From the NCBI GenBank assembly GCA_002104905.1, contig MCFE01000001.1, positions 281,099 to 345,098 of the forward strand: a stretch of 64,000 bases of DNA. The letters run 5' to 3'. Shown here piece by piece: positions 63,553 to 64,000 of this stretch; position 1 is the first letter of the stretch, and every line of letters begins with the position of its first letter. The notes under the pieces were generated by a model. That model was not told where the DNA came from. It did no database searches and was given only the letters and a program-made list of their open reading frames with translations. Made by a program: the position numbers and the translations under genes. The stretch is from Basidiobolus meristosporus CBS 931.73 (taxonomy: Eukaryota > Fungi > Basidiobolomycota).

Positions 63553-63730
63553 TTAGGGGGAGACAGTCACCAACAGGTGAAATCTTTATTTCAGTTGAAA
63601 CAAAGAAGCCAGCGCTACTGTTGTAGCTTTGATACAAGAGTGTGTAGCTGAGGGGAATTTGTAGGTAAGTTAATAAGAAGTGATGATAGCTCTTCAGTGC
63701 TCAAGACACTGTTCAGTAGGAAGGGGGGTA
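63553..63730 (-). mobile_element. LINE B3: ~180-bp 3' fragment, most distal copy
   Basis: Near-identical to 60781-60960; ends at AAGGGGGGTA followed by telomeric repeats. Confidence 0.95.
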
Positions 63731-63746
63731 GGGTTAGGGGTTAGGG
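63729..63746 (+). repeat. Short telomeric seed TAGGGTTAGGGGTTAGGG
   Basis: Direct reading; abuts the B3 truncation point. Confidence 0.9.
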
Positions 63747-63783
63747 TGAGTGATGTAAGATGCCTTGTGCGGAGTTCGTTTTA
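63747..63783. other. 37-nt non-telomeric insert inside the telomere
   Basis: TGAGTGATGTAAGATGCCTTGTGCGGAGTTCGTTTTA between telomeric tracts; no match noticed elsewhere in the window. Confidence 0.9.
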
Positions 63784-64000
63784 AGGGTTAGGGTTAGGGT
63801 TAGGGTTAGGGTTAGGGTTAGGGTTAGGGTTAGGTTAGGGTTAGGGTTAGGGTTAGGGTTAGGGTTAGGGTTAGGGTTAGGTTAGGGTTAGGGTTAGGGT
63901 TAGGGTTAGGGTTAGGGTTAGGGTTAGGGTTAGGGTTAGGGTTAGGGTTAGGGTTAGGGTTAGGGTTAGGGTTAGGGTTAGGGTTAGGGTTAGGGTTAGG
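63784..64000 (+). repeat. Telomere (TTAGGG)n, right chromosome end
   Basis: ~36 repeats to the window end; two TTAGG variants. Confidence 0.99.

Overview
Right-hand end of a fungal chromosome, finishing in a (TTAGGG)n telomere at 63784-64000. The gene set (CCDC6, RAD51D, NPRL3-type Npr3) and short GT-AG introns suggest an early-diverging fungus; this is inference. 1-32.7 kb is gene-dense, CpG-normal core DNA encoding SRP receptor alpha, Pcm1, a secreted Ser/Pro/Glu tandem-repeat protein, an ODC mitochondrial carrier, a HEXXH protease, Npr3, Rad51D, an unidentified large gene, CCDC6, Ub-L40, Tfb4, Fcf1, a formin, a bestrophin-like protein and a bacterial-type VOC protein. 32.7-63.7 kb is subtelomere: a Copia gag remnant fused to a truncated RdRP, a three-copy repeat with an inverted pair, a decayed AT-rich block with a Kelch-SNF2 gene and a putative tyrosine recombinase, and an ABCA fragment. 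The standout is six copies or fragments of APE+RT non-LTR retrotransposons from three families. All have their 5' ends toward the telomere, and all share a 3' module (AATAAA-like signal, TCACC/GGTGA hairpin, CCCCTAA tail) complementary to the telomeric G-strand. Their junctions look like successive chromosome-healing events. A 37-nt foreign insert inside the terminal telomere may be a copy of telomerase RNA. Exon boundaries and identities were estimated by eye; no database searches were run.
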